A stretch of 64,000 bases of DNA, from contig CAXXOU010000004.1 of NCBI GenBank assembly GCA_963677495.2, positions 1,024,001 through 1,088,000 on the forward strand, read 5' to 3'. Each line of letters opens with the position of its first letter. Positions within the stretch are counted from its first letter, which is position 1. The position numbers were made by a program, and so were the translations under genes. The DNA comes from Candidatus Cloacimonadales bacterium. Its GTDB lineage: Bacteria > Cloacimonadota > Cloacimonadia > Cloacimonadales > JAFGVF01. Below, in pieces: positions 38,154-49,666 of this stretch. Below the pieces are notes generated by a model that was not told where the DNA came from, made no database searches, and saw nothing but the letters and a program-made list of their open reading frames with translations.

Positions 38154-41100
38154 TAATCTAAATCAGCTTTTCTCTTTCCACAGCATTGCTTATATTTCTT
38201 TCCACTACCACATGGACAAGGTTCATTTCTGCCAATGTTTACGTCATTAACAATCGGTTGAAGCTTTTGTCTTTCCTGTGGTTGAGGTTGTGTTTGTTGT
38301 TTTGCTTCTGAATCAGTTGCAAAAGTATCAATATCTTTATGCTCCATCTGTATGTTAGCCATAAGGTTCTTATACTCTTCAATAGTGTAGAGTTGCATAA
38401 TAAATACACTTTTTGAAACACGTGATTGCAATCTTTCAATGAGACTCTGGAATAGCTCAAAACTCTCTTTTTTATACTCAATAAGCGGGTCTTTTTGAGC
38501 ATAAGCACGTAAACCAATACCTTCTCTAAGATGGTCCATTTCATGAAGATGGTCACGCCATTCTGAATCAACTACTTCAAGAAGAGAACGTCTTTCTATC
38601 TCACGCATCTTCTCGTCACCTTGCATCTCTTCACGTTTTGCGTATGCATCCATAACAATTTCTTCTGCCATGGAATGAAGAGTTTCTGGTGTGAGTCTTT
38701 CTGTTTTAAAGCAGTCTTCTGGAACATTCAAACTATATTCTAAGTTAATCCAAGCTCTGATTCTACCAAGGTCCCAGTTCTCAGGATACTGTTCAACTGA
38801 AACAGTCTCTTCAACTTTTCTCCAAATAGTATCTTTAATCATCTCAATTATCTCAGATTTAATGTTGAGACCTTTGAGTACATTTCTGCGGTACTGATAG
38901 ATAACTTCCCTTTGTTGATTCATAATCTCATCATACTTCAGCAACTGCTTACGAATCTCAAAGTTATGTTCCTCAACCTTTGATTGCGCTCTTTCAACCG
39001 CTTTTGTCATCCAAGGATGCATAATTGGTTCATCTTCCTGCACGCCCATCTTTTGCATCATTGGTGCAATTCTATCAGAGCCGAAAAGTCGCATTAAGTC
39101 ATCTTCCAGAGATAAGTAAAACCTTGAAGTTCCGGGATCACCTTGACGTCCGGCACGACCACGAAGCTGTCTATCAATACGTCTGGAATCATGCCTTGCA
39201 CTACCGATAACATGTAAGCCATCGATTGGAGCTCCAAATGGTTGCTCTTTAGTGGGTTTACTTGAAATGTTTCTATAGCTTTCTTTGGACTGTGTAATAA
39301 CACCCTCTCCAAGTTTAATGTCTGTTCCACGACCTGCCATGTTTGTTGCAATCACAACTGATCCCGGTTTACCGGCCATAGCAACGATTTCAGCTTCTCT
39401 TTCATGGTATTTAGCATTAAGAACATTATGTACAATCTTCCTACGTTTTAGCATTCGGCTAAGGGTTTCTGAAACATCAACACTCACAGTACCCACAAGT
39501 ACGGGCTTCTTGAGTTTATGCCAATATTCAATCTCATCAATAATCGCTTTGTACTTCTCATTTTTAGTCATGTAGATAACATCATCATGATCAATACGTG
39601 TAATAGGCACATTAGTTGGTATTTGAATACATTTTAACTTATATATCTCATGGAACTCATTCTCTTCTGTGATTGCAGTACCTGTCATACCGGCAAGTTT
39701 TTCAAACTTTCTAAAGTAGTTCTGCAATGTTATCGTTGCAAGTGTCTGAGTGGCACTCTCAATCTTAAGGTTTTCTTTTGCTTCCAGAGCCTGATGAAGT
39801 CCTTCACTGAATCTTCTACCCGGCATAGCACGCCCGGTGAACTCATCAACAATAACAATCTTGTTGTCTTGCACAATGTAGTCTACATTCTGTTCGAAGA
39901 GCATATACGCTTTCAGAAGCTGGGTAATATTATGTAACTTCTCATTCTTATCCATGAAGTATTTAGTTAACTCTTGTCTTTGCTTCTCTTTCTCTTCATC
40001 AGAAAGATCTTCTCTTTGGTCTAAATCATATATCTCTTCATCAAGTGATTTAAGAAGGAAAAGATTAGTCTCATATTTATCAAGAAGTTCTCGACCTTTT
40101 TCATTGATATCAACAGCATTGGAACGTTCATCAACAGTGAAGAAAAGCTCTGCATCAAGCTCATGCATCTTCTTATCGCGGATATAGGAACCTTCACAGT
40201 CCTGAAGCAGTTTCTTGTAAATTGAATCCTTAAGGATTTTAAAAAGTGCTTTATTCTTTGGAGCACCACGATATACTTTAAGAAGTGCTTTACCAAGGGC
40301 GAATGAATCTTTATCTCCCTCATTAATCATCTGTCTAATCTCAGATAGAATACCGGCGATCATCTGTTGTTGCAGATGCACCAGTTTTGCTACATGAGGT
40401 TTAATCTCTAAATAGAAGTTTTTATCATGTTCAACCTTACCACTGATAATAAGGGGTGTTCTAGCTTCATCGATAAGAATACTATCGACTTCATCCACGA
40501 TTGCGTAATAGAACTCTCTTTGCACAAGTTGTTTAGGGCTTGTAGCCATATTATCTCTAAGATAGTCAAACCCAAATTCACTGTTCATACCATAGGTAAC
40601 ATCTTTCTGATACTCTTCTTGTCTCGCTTCAAAGTTTAAACCTGTTGTGATACACCCTACTTCCATACCATGGAAATTGAATATTGGAGACATCCATTCG
40701 GAGTCACGAGATGCCAAATAATCATTTACTGTAATAAGATGAGCTCCACGTCCTGTAAGAGCATTTAGAAAGAGAGGTAAAGTTGCTACAAGAGTTTTAC
40801 CTTCACCGGTTGCCATCTCAGCAATATTACCTTTATGAAGACATATACCACCAATAAGCTGTACATCAAATGGCACCATCTCCCATACAAGATCATTTCC
40901 ACGAACTGGGAAAGATTGCCCAACCAGTCTTCTGCAAGTGTCTTTAACAATTGCAAACACTTCAACAAGATGAAAATCAAGTATATCCTGAGTAGTCTTT
41001 TTAAGATTAGCTTTCAGAACATCAAGCTTATTACGAAGAGATTCTTTCTCTTTTTCATTAGCTTCAGTTTGATACTTTGAAAGCATCTCTTCATATTCCT

Positions 41101-41287
41101 CTTCTAAAGGAGTAATAACTTCTCTGATCTCAGCTTTTATTTCATTGATTCTATTGCGAATCTCATCATCGCTAAGTTTCTCTAATTCAGGATACTTATC
41201 ATTAATATCATCTTTTATGGGATAAAACTCTTTCAAGTCTCTTGATTGCCTATCACCCATCAATTTTTTCAACAATTTATTTAGCAT
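38153..41287 (-). CDS. secA: Preprotein translocase ATPase SecA
   Basis: [54 protein letters not shown]-terminal [13 protein letters not shown]. Confidence 0.97.
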   Translation of the reverse strand: MLNKLLKKLMGDRQSRDLKEFYPIKDDINDKYPELEKLSDDEIRNRINEIKAEIREVITPLEEEYEEMLSKYQTEANEKEKESLRNKLDVLKANLKKTTQDILDFHLVEVFAIVKDTCRRLVGQSFPVRGNDLVWEMVPFDVQLIGGICLHKGNIAEMATGEGKTLVATLPLFLNALTGRGAHLITVNDYLASRDSEWMSPIFNFHGMEVGCITTGLNFEARQEEYQKDVTYGMNSEFGFDYLRDNMATSPKQLVQREFYYAIVDEVDSILIDEARTPLIISGKVEHDKNFYLEIKPHVAKLVHLQQQMIAGILSEIRQMINEGDKDSFALGKALLKVYRGAPKNKALFKILKDSIYKKLLQDCEGSYIRDKKMHELDAELFFTVDERSNAVDINEKGRELLDKYETNLFLLKSLDEEIYDLDQREDLSDEEKEKQRQELTKYFMDKNEKLHNITQLLKAYMLFEQNVDYIVQDNKIVIVDEFTGRAMPGRRFSEGLHQALEAKENLKIESATQTLATITLQNYFRKFEKLAGMTGTAITEENEFHEIYKLKCIQIPTNVPITRIDHDDVIYMTKNEKYKAIIDEIEYWHKLKKPVLVGTVSVDVSETLSRMLKRRKIVHNVLNAKYHEREAEIVAMAGKPGSVVIATNMAGRGTDIKLGEGVITQSKESYRNISSKPTKEQPFGAPIDGLHVIGSARHDSRRIDRQLRGRAGRQGDPGTSRFYLSLEDDLMRLFGSDRIAPMMQKMGVQEDEPIMHPWMTKAVERAQSKVEEHNFEIRKQLLKYDEIMNQQREVIYQYRRNVLKGLNIKSEIIEMIKDTIWRKVEETVSVEQYPENWDLGRIRAWINLEYSLNVPEDCFKTERLTPETLHSMAEEIVMDAYAKREEMQGDEKMREIERRSLLEVVDSEWRDHLHEMDHLREGIGLRAYAQKDPLIEYKKESFELFQSLIERLQSRVSKSVFIMQLYTIEEYKNLMANIQMEHKDIDTFATDSEAKQQTQPQPQERQKLQPIVNDVNIGRNEPCPCGSGKKYKQCCGKRKADLD

Positions 41288-41493
41288 TTCTTATCCTTAT
41301 ATCGATTTGATTTTCAAGTAGTTTTAACTACCCCCTTATTGTCAAACATTTTTGACATCTATAACAATAATGCAACATATAATCAAAGATTACATTATAT
41401 AGATTTTTTCTTTAGTTGTTATTTAGACTTGATATGAGTAACCCGGAATTAGTTTTCTACATAGTCGACGTATCTCTACTTCGCTCAGGGTGA

Positions 41494-41815
41494 CATACAC
41501 AGTGCCATTTGCAATGACTTACCGCATTTCAGGGAGTTTGTCGGCCTGATAAGGCAACGGACTTCCTGAAATGTACTTCGAAGTCGCATGTCCCTGATTT
41601 CGTTCTCGCGTCACGCTATCGCTGCAACGCAAGTCCGAAATTAACATACACAGTGCCATTTGCAACAACTTAGCTACTTTTATTGACCTTTCCACTCTCT
41701 TTTACTGCTCTATCTATCAACGCACTGTGCACGCACTGTGTCCCCACTGTGAAGGCACTGCCAACCCACTGTTTCACTGGGTGCACAGTGGGAAAACAGT
41801 GGGATGACTGCGATT
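41494..41815 (+). repeat. Composite element X, copy 3
   Basis: DRs at 41494 and 41645 (151 bp apart, as in copy 1); same cargo as copy 1; array is one 11-bp unit shorter. Confidence 0.85.
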
Positions 41816-41850
41816 TGCTGGATGGTTTAGTGAAAGCGAGAAGCAATACT

Positions 41851-41894
41851 ACCTTGAAAATGGTCCTAAGACCTTTTCAATGGTGCTCTTGTAA
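41851..41894 (-). repeat. REP-like unit B (RAYT-associated family)
   Basis: accttgaaaatggtcctaagaccttttcaatggtgctcttgtaa matches the reverse complement of unit B. Confidence 0.8.
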
Positions 41895-41944
41895 TGTAAA
41901 CCGATCCACTCTTGGTTGATTGAACCAGACCAAAAACCATTTAT

Positions 41945-42030
41945 ACGACCCCTTCTGGGTCGGATTTTTGTTGTATATCTAACCATAGGCTGCACCTATG
42001 GCTAATTAAACTTATACCTCTTTGAGGTAG
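41945..42030. repeat. Three-hairpin REP-like unit (same layout as 17059-17145)
   Basis: cgacccc-ttct-gggtcg ... ccatagg-ctgca-cctatgg-cta ... tacctc-ttt-gaggta. Confidence 0.6.
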
Positions 42031-42498
42031 GCATTATTCCAGCAACGCAATTCCGAGTTGTGTAACAAGACAAACCGACACAGTCGGTTAAGTCCATATA
42101 TGAACGCATCAACTGCGTAGATGCAACTGCAAGATGACTAAGGAAGAAGTGATTCGCAACGAAGTGTGAATCGCTAATTCCAGGAACTCGAAGTCTGATT
42201 CGTATTTCTCATCCAAAAAGAGCATTCTCTATCAATTTTAGAATAACTGTTATATGATGATTTATAAATTATATACCATCTATTACCTAAAGTACTTTCT
42301 CTAACAATGTTCTCAAACTAATACATATCAATAAGAATACTAGCTGACATTGTAATTCTTAAACAAACATATTGGTCTTAAGATTGATACCGACTTTAGA
42401 ACGGTCTTATATATACATATAAAGTGTTGATATTTTTGTTTGACTAATTAGTCTTACTCCTAAAACTTGCGAAAATGTATTAAAATAGTGGAGGACTA

Positions 42499-43077
42499 AT
42501 GAAAAAATTAGTATTGATGCTGGTCTTAACAACTCTGTTAACGGTTGGCTTAGTAGCAAAATCTCAAGAGATAGCATATGTAGATATAGACGCAGTTATC
42601 ACACGTTGTAATGACACACAAGAAATCCAAAGAGCTTTTGATTTAGAACGCCAAGAGTGGGCAAATCAACTTACTGACCTTGAAAATGAAATTACAAGAA
42701 TGGAAACAGATTTCGAAACTCACAAACTTACTTACAGTGCTTCAGGACGTTCTGAACAGGAAAAGAAGATTGAAGATAAGAAAGCTGAATACAGAACAAT
42801 GGTTGAAAACTTCTTTGGTGAGAATGGAATTGCAGCTCAGAGATATCAGGAACTTGTAGAACCAGTTCAAAACAAGATTCTTGAAGTGATTCAAGACATT
42901 TCTATCCAGGAAAACTATTCATTAGTACTTAACGTTAGCGCCGGTGGCATACTTTATGCTACTCAAGAGATGGACATCACTGACATGGTTATCCAGAGAA
43001 TGGATGCTGATAGTGGTCAGATTGCTCCTGCTGCTACTGATGTACCTAAAGCTGATGACAAAGGCGGAAAGAAATAG
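42499..43077 (+). CDS. skp: OmpH/Skp periplasmic chaperone
   Basis: Signal peptide, IAYVD, coiled coil, ILYA...DITDMV; upstream of lpxD. Confidence 0.85.
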   Translation: MKKLVLMLVLTTLLTVGLVAKSQEIAYVDIDAVITRCNDTQEIQRAFDLERQEWANQLTDLENEITRMETDFETHKLTYSASGRSEQEKKIEDKKAEYRTMVENFFGENGIAAQRYQELVEPVQNKILEVIQDISIQENYSLVLNVSAGGILYATQEMDITDMVIQRMDADSGQIAPAATDVPKADDKGGKK

Positions 43078-44121
43078 ATGAAGAAATTCAGGCTTGAGAT
43101 TACACCGGAACTTATAGCTTCCCAACTTCCGGGGGAGTTGATACAGCGTAATGAAGTAACTTTGGATAATGTTGCTGAGCTCTTAGAAGCTAATGGTAAT
43201 TCTGTATGTTTTTTTGAGAATGATGCCTTTGCTTCTGACTTAAAAGTGACAAAAGCCGGACTTGTATTTGTTAAACAGGATTTTGATGTATCTATCCTTC
43301 CAAATACAAACCTGCTTAAAGTTGAGTATCCTTATGTCTATTTCATGATGTTAGTAAAAACATGGTTAAAACTCAGTAAGCCTGACTTCATGACTTCTAT
43401 TAGCGAAACAGCAGTTATTGCTAACTCTGCCAAGATCTCTGATAAAGTAGTTATTAAAGAGAATGTAGTGATTGGGCAAAATGTTGTAATAGATGACTAC
43501 ACAGTCATAGAAGCAAATTGCGTTATTATGGATGATGTGCAGATTGGTAAAAACTGTCACCTCTTCCCCAACGTGACAATCTATCAGGACTCAGTTTTGA
43601 TGAATGATGTTATTCTTCATGCCGGAGTTGTGATAGGTGCAGATGGATTTGGATATATTTATCACGAAGGTATTCAACAGAAAGTTCCACAAGTTGGAAA
43701 CGTGATTATCGAAGATAGTGTTGAAATTGGTGCTAATAGTTGTATTGACCGTGGAGCACTTGGAACCACACGAATCGGTAAACACACAAAGTTAGATAAC
43801 CTTGTTCAGGTTGGGCATAACGTACAGATTGGAGAAAATACTATGTTATGTTCACAAGTTGGCATTGCAGGTAGCACGAAAGTCGGTGACTTAGTGTATC
43901 TTGCAGGTCAAGTTGGAGTTGCTGATCATATCAGCATTGGTAATAATGTGAAAGTCGGAGCAAAATCGGGCATATCCGGAAATGTTGATAACGATAAGCT
44001 TATGTTCGGCATACCGGCCCGTGAATCCGGGGTAACTAAGAGAATTATGGCTTCACAACGTTACTTGCCTGAGTTAGTGAAATATTATAAAAAAGAACTG
44101 AAGAAAAAAGATAAAGAGTAG
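43078..44121 (+). CDS. lpxD: UDP-3-O-acyl-glucosamine N-acyltransferase
   Basis: Hexapeptide repeats; [27 protein letters not shown]. Confidence 0.93.
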   Translation: MKKFRLEITPELIASQLPGELIQRNEVTLDNVAELLEANGNSVCFFENDAFASDLKVTKAGLVFVKQDFDVSILPNTNLLKVEYPYVYFMMLVKTWLKLSKPDFMTSISETAVIANSAKISDKVVIKENVVIGQNVVIDDYTVIEANCVIMDDVQIGKNCHLFPNVTIYQDSVLMNDVILHAGVVIGADGFGYIYHEGIQQKVPQVGNVIIEDSVEIGANSCIDRGALGTTRIGKHTKLDNLVQVGHNVQIGENTMLCSQVGIAGSTKVGDLVYLAGQVGVADHISIGNNVKVGAKSGISGNVDNDKLMFGIPARESGVTKRIMASQRYLPELVKYYKKELKKKDKE

Positions 44122-44125
44122 TTTT

Positions 44126-45520
44126 ATGCAAGAACACAAACAAACAATCGGTGGGTCAATATCTTATACAGGTATTGGACTTCACACCGGAGAGATAACA
44201 ACTGTAACTTTTAAACCAGCTTCTCAGGATGATGGTATTGTATTCACAAGAATAGACATGCCAGACTCCCCTGAGATTCCCGCAGACATTGAACATGTTG
44301 TAGATATATCACGCGGTACTACTATTGGTATCGGTAAGGCGACTGTTTCTACAATTGAGCACGTTTTAGCTGCTATTAAAGGTCTTGATATTGATAATAT
44401 TAAAATCGAGATTAACGGACCTGAAGCACCTGTTGCTGATGGCTCAGCCATGCCTTTCCTTCAACTTCTTAAGCAAGTTGGAATAGTACAGCAGGATTCA
44501 ATTAGAGAATACTTTGAAATAGAGGAGCCTATCAGCTTCACGGCAGAAGAAGATAATGTAGATGTAGTGATTGTACCTTCAAGTGAACTTAAGGTTACTT
44601 TCCTCGTTGATTATCAGCACCCACTTCTTGGTACTCAATATACATGGATGCCTGATCTTAGTGTGTTTGAAAAAGAGTTTGCATCTTCAAGAACATTCTG
44701 CTTCGTGAAAGAGATTCTTATGCTCAAAGGTGCCGGACTCATCAAAGGTGGTTCCCTTGATAATGCTGTTGTTATCGGAGAACCGGATATTGACCCTGAA
44801 AAACTGGAAGAGCTCAGACAAGTATTCAACTTTGACGCTCCTATAGAGATTTCAAGTGAAGGTATTATCAACAACCAACCACTTCGTTATTACAACGAGT
44901 TTGTACGTCATAAAGTATTAGACCTTATTGGTGATATTGCCCTTCTCGGTGTGCCAATTAAGGGTCATATCCTAGCTGCTCGTTCAGGACATAAGACTAA
45001 TGTAGAGCTTGTTAAGAAACTTAGAAAGATTCAGAAGAAGCAACGTTTACAGAAAGAGTATCAGAAGAAGAGAACACAAAATGTAGTGTTTGATATCAAT
45101 GCGATAAAGCGAATACTACCTCATAGATACCCATTCCTATTCGTTGATAAGATTATTGAGTTTATCCCTGGTGAAAAGATTATCGGTATCAAGAACGTTA
45201 CAGCTAACGAAGAGTTCTTTAATGGTCATTTCCCGGGTGCTCCTGTAATGCCGGGTGTACTTATAATTGAAGCTATGGCTCAAACCGGTGGTATTATGCT
45301 TCTCAATAACCTTGAGAACCCACAAGACCACCTTGCAATGTTTGCTTCGATTGATAACGTTAAGTTTAGAAAACCTGTTTTACCGGGTGATACATTACGC
45401 TTTGAATTGAAAGTAATTTCACTCAAACGCTCATTAACCAAAATGCATGGTGACGCTTTTGTGGGTGACACAAAGGTATGTGAAGGCGACTTCCTCGCCA
45501 TGGTTGTAGATAGAAACTAA
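44126..45520 (+). CDS. lpxC/fabZ: Bifunctional LpxC-FabZ fusion
   Basis: GIGLHTG, TIEHVLAA, HKVLDLIGD, SGH (LpxC); LPHRYPFL, GHFPGAPVMPGVLIIEAMAQ (FabZ). Confidence 0.95.
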   Translation: MQEHKQTIGGSISYTGIGLHTGEITTVTFKPASQDDGIVFTRIDMPDSPEIPADIEHVVDISRGTTIGIGKATVSTIEHVLAAIKGLDIDNIKIEINGPEAPVADGSAMPFLQLLKQVGIVQQDSIREYFEIEEPISFTAEEDNVDVVIVPSSELKVTFLVDYQHPLLGTQYTWMPDLSVFEKEFASSRTFCFVKEILMLKGAGLIKGGSLDNAVVIGEPDIDPEKLEELRQVFNFDAPIEISSEGIINNQPLRYYNEFVRHKVLDLIGDIALLGVPIKGHILAARSGHKTNVELVKKLRKIQKKQRLQKEYQKKRTQNVVFDINAIKRILPHRYPFLFVDKIIEFIPGEKIIGIKNVTANEEFFNGHFPGAPVMPGVLIIEAMAQTGGIMLLNNLENPQDHLAMFASIDNVKFRKPVLPGDTLRFELKVISLKRSLTKMHGDAFVGDTKVCEGDFLAMVVDRN

Positions 45521-45529
45521 AGGAGAGTC

Positions 45530-46303
45530 ATGAATTACACAGTTCATCCTACTGCTATAGTTGATAAAGACGCGAAGATTGGAGAAGGTTGCAATATAGG
45601 TCCATATTGTATTATCGGACCTGATGTTGTGATGGGAAAGAATAACAACCTGCATTCACATGTGATTGTAAACGGTCCATCAGAAATGGGAGATGGAAAC
45701 AATGTATCTCCCTATGCTGTTATTGGTACCGACCCACAAGATCTTAAGTTCGACGGTTCTAAAACATACCTTAAGATTGGAGACAACAACAATATCAGAG
45801 AGTACGCCACTATCAACCGTTCAAACGGTCCTGAAGAAGCTACTGTTGTTGGTGATAATAACCTGATTATGGCCTATGCTCATATCGCTCATAATTGCCA
45901 GATTGGTAACAATATTGTGATTGCTAATGCAGTTAATTTTGCCGGTCATGTGATTGTTGATGACTTTGCGATTGTTGGCGGTGTAACTGCCGTTCATCAG
46001 TTCGTGAAGATTGGTAAGTATGCCTTCATCGGTGGTTGTTCTGCTGTTAAGAAAGATATTCCACCATTTGTAAGAGGACAAGGTAACCTCTTCGAAGTAC
46101 ACGGCTTAAACGGTGTTGGTCTTCTTAGAAAAGGCTTCTCCAAAGAGGAAGTATCAGGTCTTAAGAAAGTTTATAAACTATATTACAGAATGAATCTTAA
46201 TACTGCTCAAGCAACTGCTGAAGCTGAGAAGTTAGATCTTAGTGATGTTCAAAAAGAATTTGTAAACTTCGTAAAGAACTCAGAACGCGGAATTACTAAA
46301 TAA
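45530..46303 (+). CDS. lpxA: UDP-N-acetylglucosamine acyltransferase
   Basis: VHPTAIV, PQDLKF, HIAHNC, HQF, GLNGVGLLR. Confidence 0.94.
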   Translation: MNYTVHPTAIVDKDAKIGEGCNIGPYCIIGPDVVMGKNNNLHSHVIVNGPSEMGDGNNVSPYAVIGTDPQDLKFDGSKTYLKIGDNNNIREYATINRSNGPEEATVVGDNNLIMAYAHIAHNCQIGNNIVIANAVNFAGHVIVDDFAIVGGVTAVHQFVKIGKYAFIGGCSAVKKDIPPFVRGQGNLFEVHGLNGVGLLRKGFSKEEVSGLKKVYKLYYRMNLNTAQATAEAEKLDLSDVQKEFVNFVKNSERGITK

Positions 46304-46322
46304 TACTATTTTAATATACATT

Positions 46323-46353
46323 AGAGTCCTCTCATTTTGAGTGGACTCTTTTT
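46323..46353 (+). terminator. Intrinsic terminator after lpxA
   Basis: agagtcc...ggactct plus T-run. Confidence 0.75.
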
Positions 46354-46744
46354 GTATCCCGATCATCCCTGATGGGGCTCTCAGCCAAATCTGAAACAGC
46401 TGAGTTACTCATGTCAATTCTAGCTCCTGAACACGATTGGCTTCCATGTTATAGCTCTATCGAGCTATGTGCAAGCGAGGGCACTTGCACTACGATTGTA
46501 CTGCAACTCTCCTGAGTTGCTGTGCCGACATGGTCGGCAGTTTCCACTGACCGAAACTTAGAAATCATACGTTCGACCGTTGAACTAAGTTTATGATTAC
46601 ACATGACAATATTAGCTTCTGAGTAAAGATTAGAGTGGTCGCTTCATATGTATCCTGTTCCCCATCCTGATCGGTGCAACATAGATGTAAAAATGTCATT
46701 TTGCTTGACACAAAATCAGGTTAAGATTTCTTAAAAACACTCTT

Positions 46745-46820
46745 GGGGCATTAGCTCAGCTGGGAGAGCACTACACTGGCAGTGTAGGGGTCATCGGTTC
46801 AAGTCCGTTATGCTCCACCA
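46745..46820 (+). tRNA. tRNA-Ala(GGC)
   Basis: ggggcat...atgctcc-a-cca with G3:U70; anticodon loop ctggcag; TTGACA at 46705. Confidence 0.95.
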
Positions 46821-46826
46821 AGTTTT

Positions 46827-46850
46827 AAGCCATCTTCGGATGGCTTTTTT
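46827..46850 (+). terminator. Intrinsic terminator after tRNA-Ala
   Basis: aagccatc-ttcg-gatggctt plus T-run. Confidence 0.88.
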
Positions 46851-46859
46851 ATTATATCC

Positions 46860-46899
46860 ACCATGTAACTGTCGCTCAAGCTCAACCATTAAGAAGGTA
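46860..46899 (-). repeat. Degenerate REP-like unit A
   Basis: caagctcaaccattaagaaggta matches 16908-16930. Confidence 0.55.
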
Positions 46900-46939
46900 C
46901 ATATCACTCCAATATCGGATGAATCAAATCATTGATATC

Positions 46940-47359
46940 TTATACAGCAGGTAACAGCTCATTCTCAACAGCCATTTTGATAGTAATAACCGGCAAATTA
47001 AGAGCAACAACATACTCCGGTGTTATTGTCTTTAGATCAACTTCGGGATAGGCTTTGTGCAGGTTATGCATCATTTTGATAAATACGTTGTAACCATTAT
47101 AAATAATGCCTTCACCGACTCTGATGTTGTTAAGCCTATTCGAATAATGTTTGATATCACTCTTGTAACTATCAGTGCAATTCTTATAAAACTTACTAAG
47201 ATTCTTGGTTTTAAGAGAAAAGTTCGAGTTATTCTTATTTTTTCTTGGTTTCACATAAGTTCGTGCTATAAGTGCATCACTCTGCGGATAGTAATAAAAT
47301 ACAAGTTTTCCGACTCTACCGTTCAAAGTCTTTGCTATCAAATCTAAATTTACTTTCAT
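46940..47359 (-). CDS. Hypothetical basic protein, 'MKVNL' family paralog 2
   Basis: ggagg RBS before ATG 47359; homologous to 17429-17890. Confidence 0.78.
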   Translation of the reverse strand: MKVNLDLIAKTLNGRVGKLVFYYYPQSDALIARTYVKPRKNKNNSNFSLKTKNLSKFYKNCTDSYKSDIKHYSNRLNNIRVGEGIIYNGYNVFIKMMHNLHKAYPEVDLKTITPEYVVALNLPVITIKMAVENELLPAV

Positions 47360-47519
47360 TGTTTCCTCCAATTCCTTCTCAAAAAGGTTTTCGTTTAATA
47401 ATTACAGGCTATAGGCTTTTAGCTATCAGCTAAAAAACCTTCCTCTATAATTATATGTGTGAAAAATGAGAGATTCCGTGAAAAAGTATGCATTTTTTTT
47501 GAATAAAGTCTTCATTCCA

Positions 47520-47592
47520 CCCTTAGATTTCTCATGCCCCACTCTCGACCCTCCCTTGCAAACCCAAGGGAGAGCCAAGGGAGGGGCAAGGG
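47520..47592. repeat. 11-bp-period bipartite inverted array (CCCTTG/CAAGGG core)
   Basis: Cores at 47520, 47531, 47542, 47553, then caaggg at 47565, 47576, 47587. Confidence 0.7.
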
Positions 47593-47765
47593 AGGCTTCT
47601 GGATTTCAGGTTGACTTCCGGCAAGGTATTTGTTCTGTAAAAGCTTTGTAAAAGCTTACAAAATATGCAATTAATTATGAATGTTTCCTCGAGAGTGATA
47701 TCAATCGATCCATTCTTATCTGCTTCTACGCTCCCTTTCAATTTTTACTCAACTTTTCTGGTTAC

Positions 47766-47850
47766 GTTGCTTATTACTTGTTTTTTTTCTTGGGCATTTA
47801 CTCAAGTATTGCTTAACTGTTTACCAAGGATTACCCAAGAGACTCTCAGG
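47766..47850. repeat. Degenerate 11-bp-period array (CTTGGG/CCCAAG core)
   Basis: ctcaag 47801, cttaac 47812, accaag 47823, cccaag 47834, ctcagg 47845; inverse words at 47766, 47777, 47789. Confidence 0.5.
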
Positions 47851-48075
47851 AAATGTATTAGAGTATGGAGGGTTGTAAGTGCAAGGGGTATGAAATTGAT
47901 ACACGAAAGATTAGTAGACACTAACTGTTGGTTAAACTTGTTTAATTAGACTAGGGATTGCCCTGTGATTATTTATAGTTTAATAATATTTATAGTATTA
48001 TCTACTGGGTGTAATATAAAAGAAGCTCTACGTCAGTGTAGAGCTTCCAAATATAACAAATCTACGATTAAACTT

Positions 48076-48501
48076 TTAATTTATCGCCCTTTTTTCTATA
48101 TCTTTCAAAGTCTCGAATCTAGATACCATAATTGATACGAATAATATTAGAACTACTACTATTGATATATACTCAAAAGCAACATTGTTTAACTCTATAG
48201 AACGAGACATATGAAACACAATAAACCACAAATAGAAAAAATAGTGCATAAATTTAACGGATGCTTTTTGAATAATTACCATCCTTATATCATGTTTGTG
48301 TATCCTGTTTCTATATGTAATTGCTATGATTGTTGCACTTATCCAAAAGGCAACGAAAACTACGATGTAAAAAGAACTAGGAATCAATGATTCTTCTAAT
48401 GCATTTGGATTATTCTTCAAAAAGACTCGAATAACAACCGTAACGATAACAAGGCCAATTAATTGTAGTGCAAATGGTAAGATTGTTTTCTTATTAATCA
48501 T
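48076..48501 (-). CDS. Small 4-TM membrane protein
   Basis: Four hydrophobic segments; ggagg RBS; terminator-like hairpin at 48021-48047. Confidence 0.65.
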   Translation of the reverse strand: MINKKTILPFALQLIGLVIVTVVIRVFLKNNPNALEESLIPSSFYIVVFVAFWISATIIAITYRNRIHKHDIRMVIIQKASVKFMHYFFYLWFIVFHMSRSIELNNVAFEYISIVVVLILFVSIMVSRFETLKDIEKRAIN

Positions 48502-48547
48502 AAAACCTCCAATACTTTTTTCTATTACTACAAAATTACATACTTAA

Positions 48548-49516
48548 CTAAAATGCGTTAGAAATGAGGGTTAATACAAATTTGAGCAACTGTTTTTTTG
48601 CTTCAGCATTAGCTGAATAAAGAGCTGCTTGAATTTCTGCATCACAATAAATTGTCTCATCCTCTGCTGGATCATTATCTCCGTAATTATGATTATCCAG
48701 ATAACTCGCTAATGCTGCAGCATCAGAACTAGGCAAATCTCGTGTATACATCCAGACTCTCTCATCTATAGTTAATCCAGCATTATCATATAGATCAATT
48801 TTTAGCAACATAGTTTTTACATCATCCAAATCAAGGTACTCTGTATGATCAACAAACCAGAATTGATAATCCTCTTTTAAGAAAGTAATTGTTTTCTTCC
48901 CAACTTTTGATAATTTTGTATTATTATCTAAAATATTTTGCATATAAGAAATTACTAACGACCGATCTCTTGTTCCATTTCCTACTTGTATGTCATAAGC
49001 TAGAATGGCTTTAAATGCAGCTACATCAGAAGCATTGCAATTAGTTGCACTTTCTATAGTACTAACGAGTAATGTGTCCATGCACTCCATGTATTCTAAA
49101 ATTCCAATGTTTGATTTATAAGAGTTGGGAGTATCTGTTACTAAGTCTTCAAAATCTGAAAGATAGTCAGCCATTTCAGATGTTGTTAACGAGACATTAT
49201 CATCAAGTGCGGATGCCATAGCAGATGAAGAATAACTAAAGAGAGTTGAGTCAGATAAAATATCATATAAATCAGATAAACCCAATGTATCACCAATCGA
49301 ATAGTTATTAGTAATAAAGGTGTCTGCATATGCATTGTAATTTGTTGAATCAAAGTAAGTAAAGAAATCATTGAGAATCTCATTATGTAGGTTCCTTTCT
49401 CCACCTTTGCCCAATCCTTGATAATTGTAATCTGTTTTAGTTGCAACTTCACCACAACCATAAATGGCTAACAATAAGAATAAGATGATGTTTAGATGCT
49501 TTAACAATTTTTTCAT
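48548..49516 (-). CDS. Hypothetical lipoprotein
   Basis: Lipobox LAIYGC; LHNEIL motif. Confidence 0.65.
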   Translation of the reverse strand: MKKLLKHLNIILFLLLAIYGCGEVATKTDYNYQGLGKGGERNLHNEILNDFFTYFDSTNYNAYADTFITNNYSIGDTLGLSDLYDILSDSTLFSYSSSAMASALDDNVSLTTSEMADYLSDFEDLVTDTPNSYKSNIGILEYMECMDTLLVSTIESATNCNASDVAAFKAILAYDIQVGNGTRDRSLVISYMQNILDNNTKLSKVGKKTITFLKEDYQFWFVDHTEYLDLDDVKTMLLKIDLYDNAGLTIDERVWMYTRDLPSSDAAALASYLDNHNYGDNDPAEDETIYCDAEIQAALYSANAEAKKQLLKFVLTLISNAF

Positions 49517-49666
49517 AAAAACCTTCCTTAAAAATTAATAATACCAATATGAGTATTAAGGCATATGCTGTCAATAATATTTATCTAAGATATTCAAAAA
49601 CTTAAATATTGGCTTGACATTTAAGTTTAGAATTATAATTTGTAACAAATATGTAAGGAGTAGATA

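Noticed and set aside
44126..45520. LpxC-FabZ fusion as a novelty
   Set aside because: Well known in Bacteroidota and related lineages; useful only as a taxonomic hint
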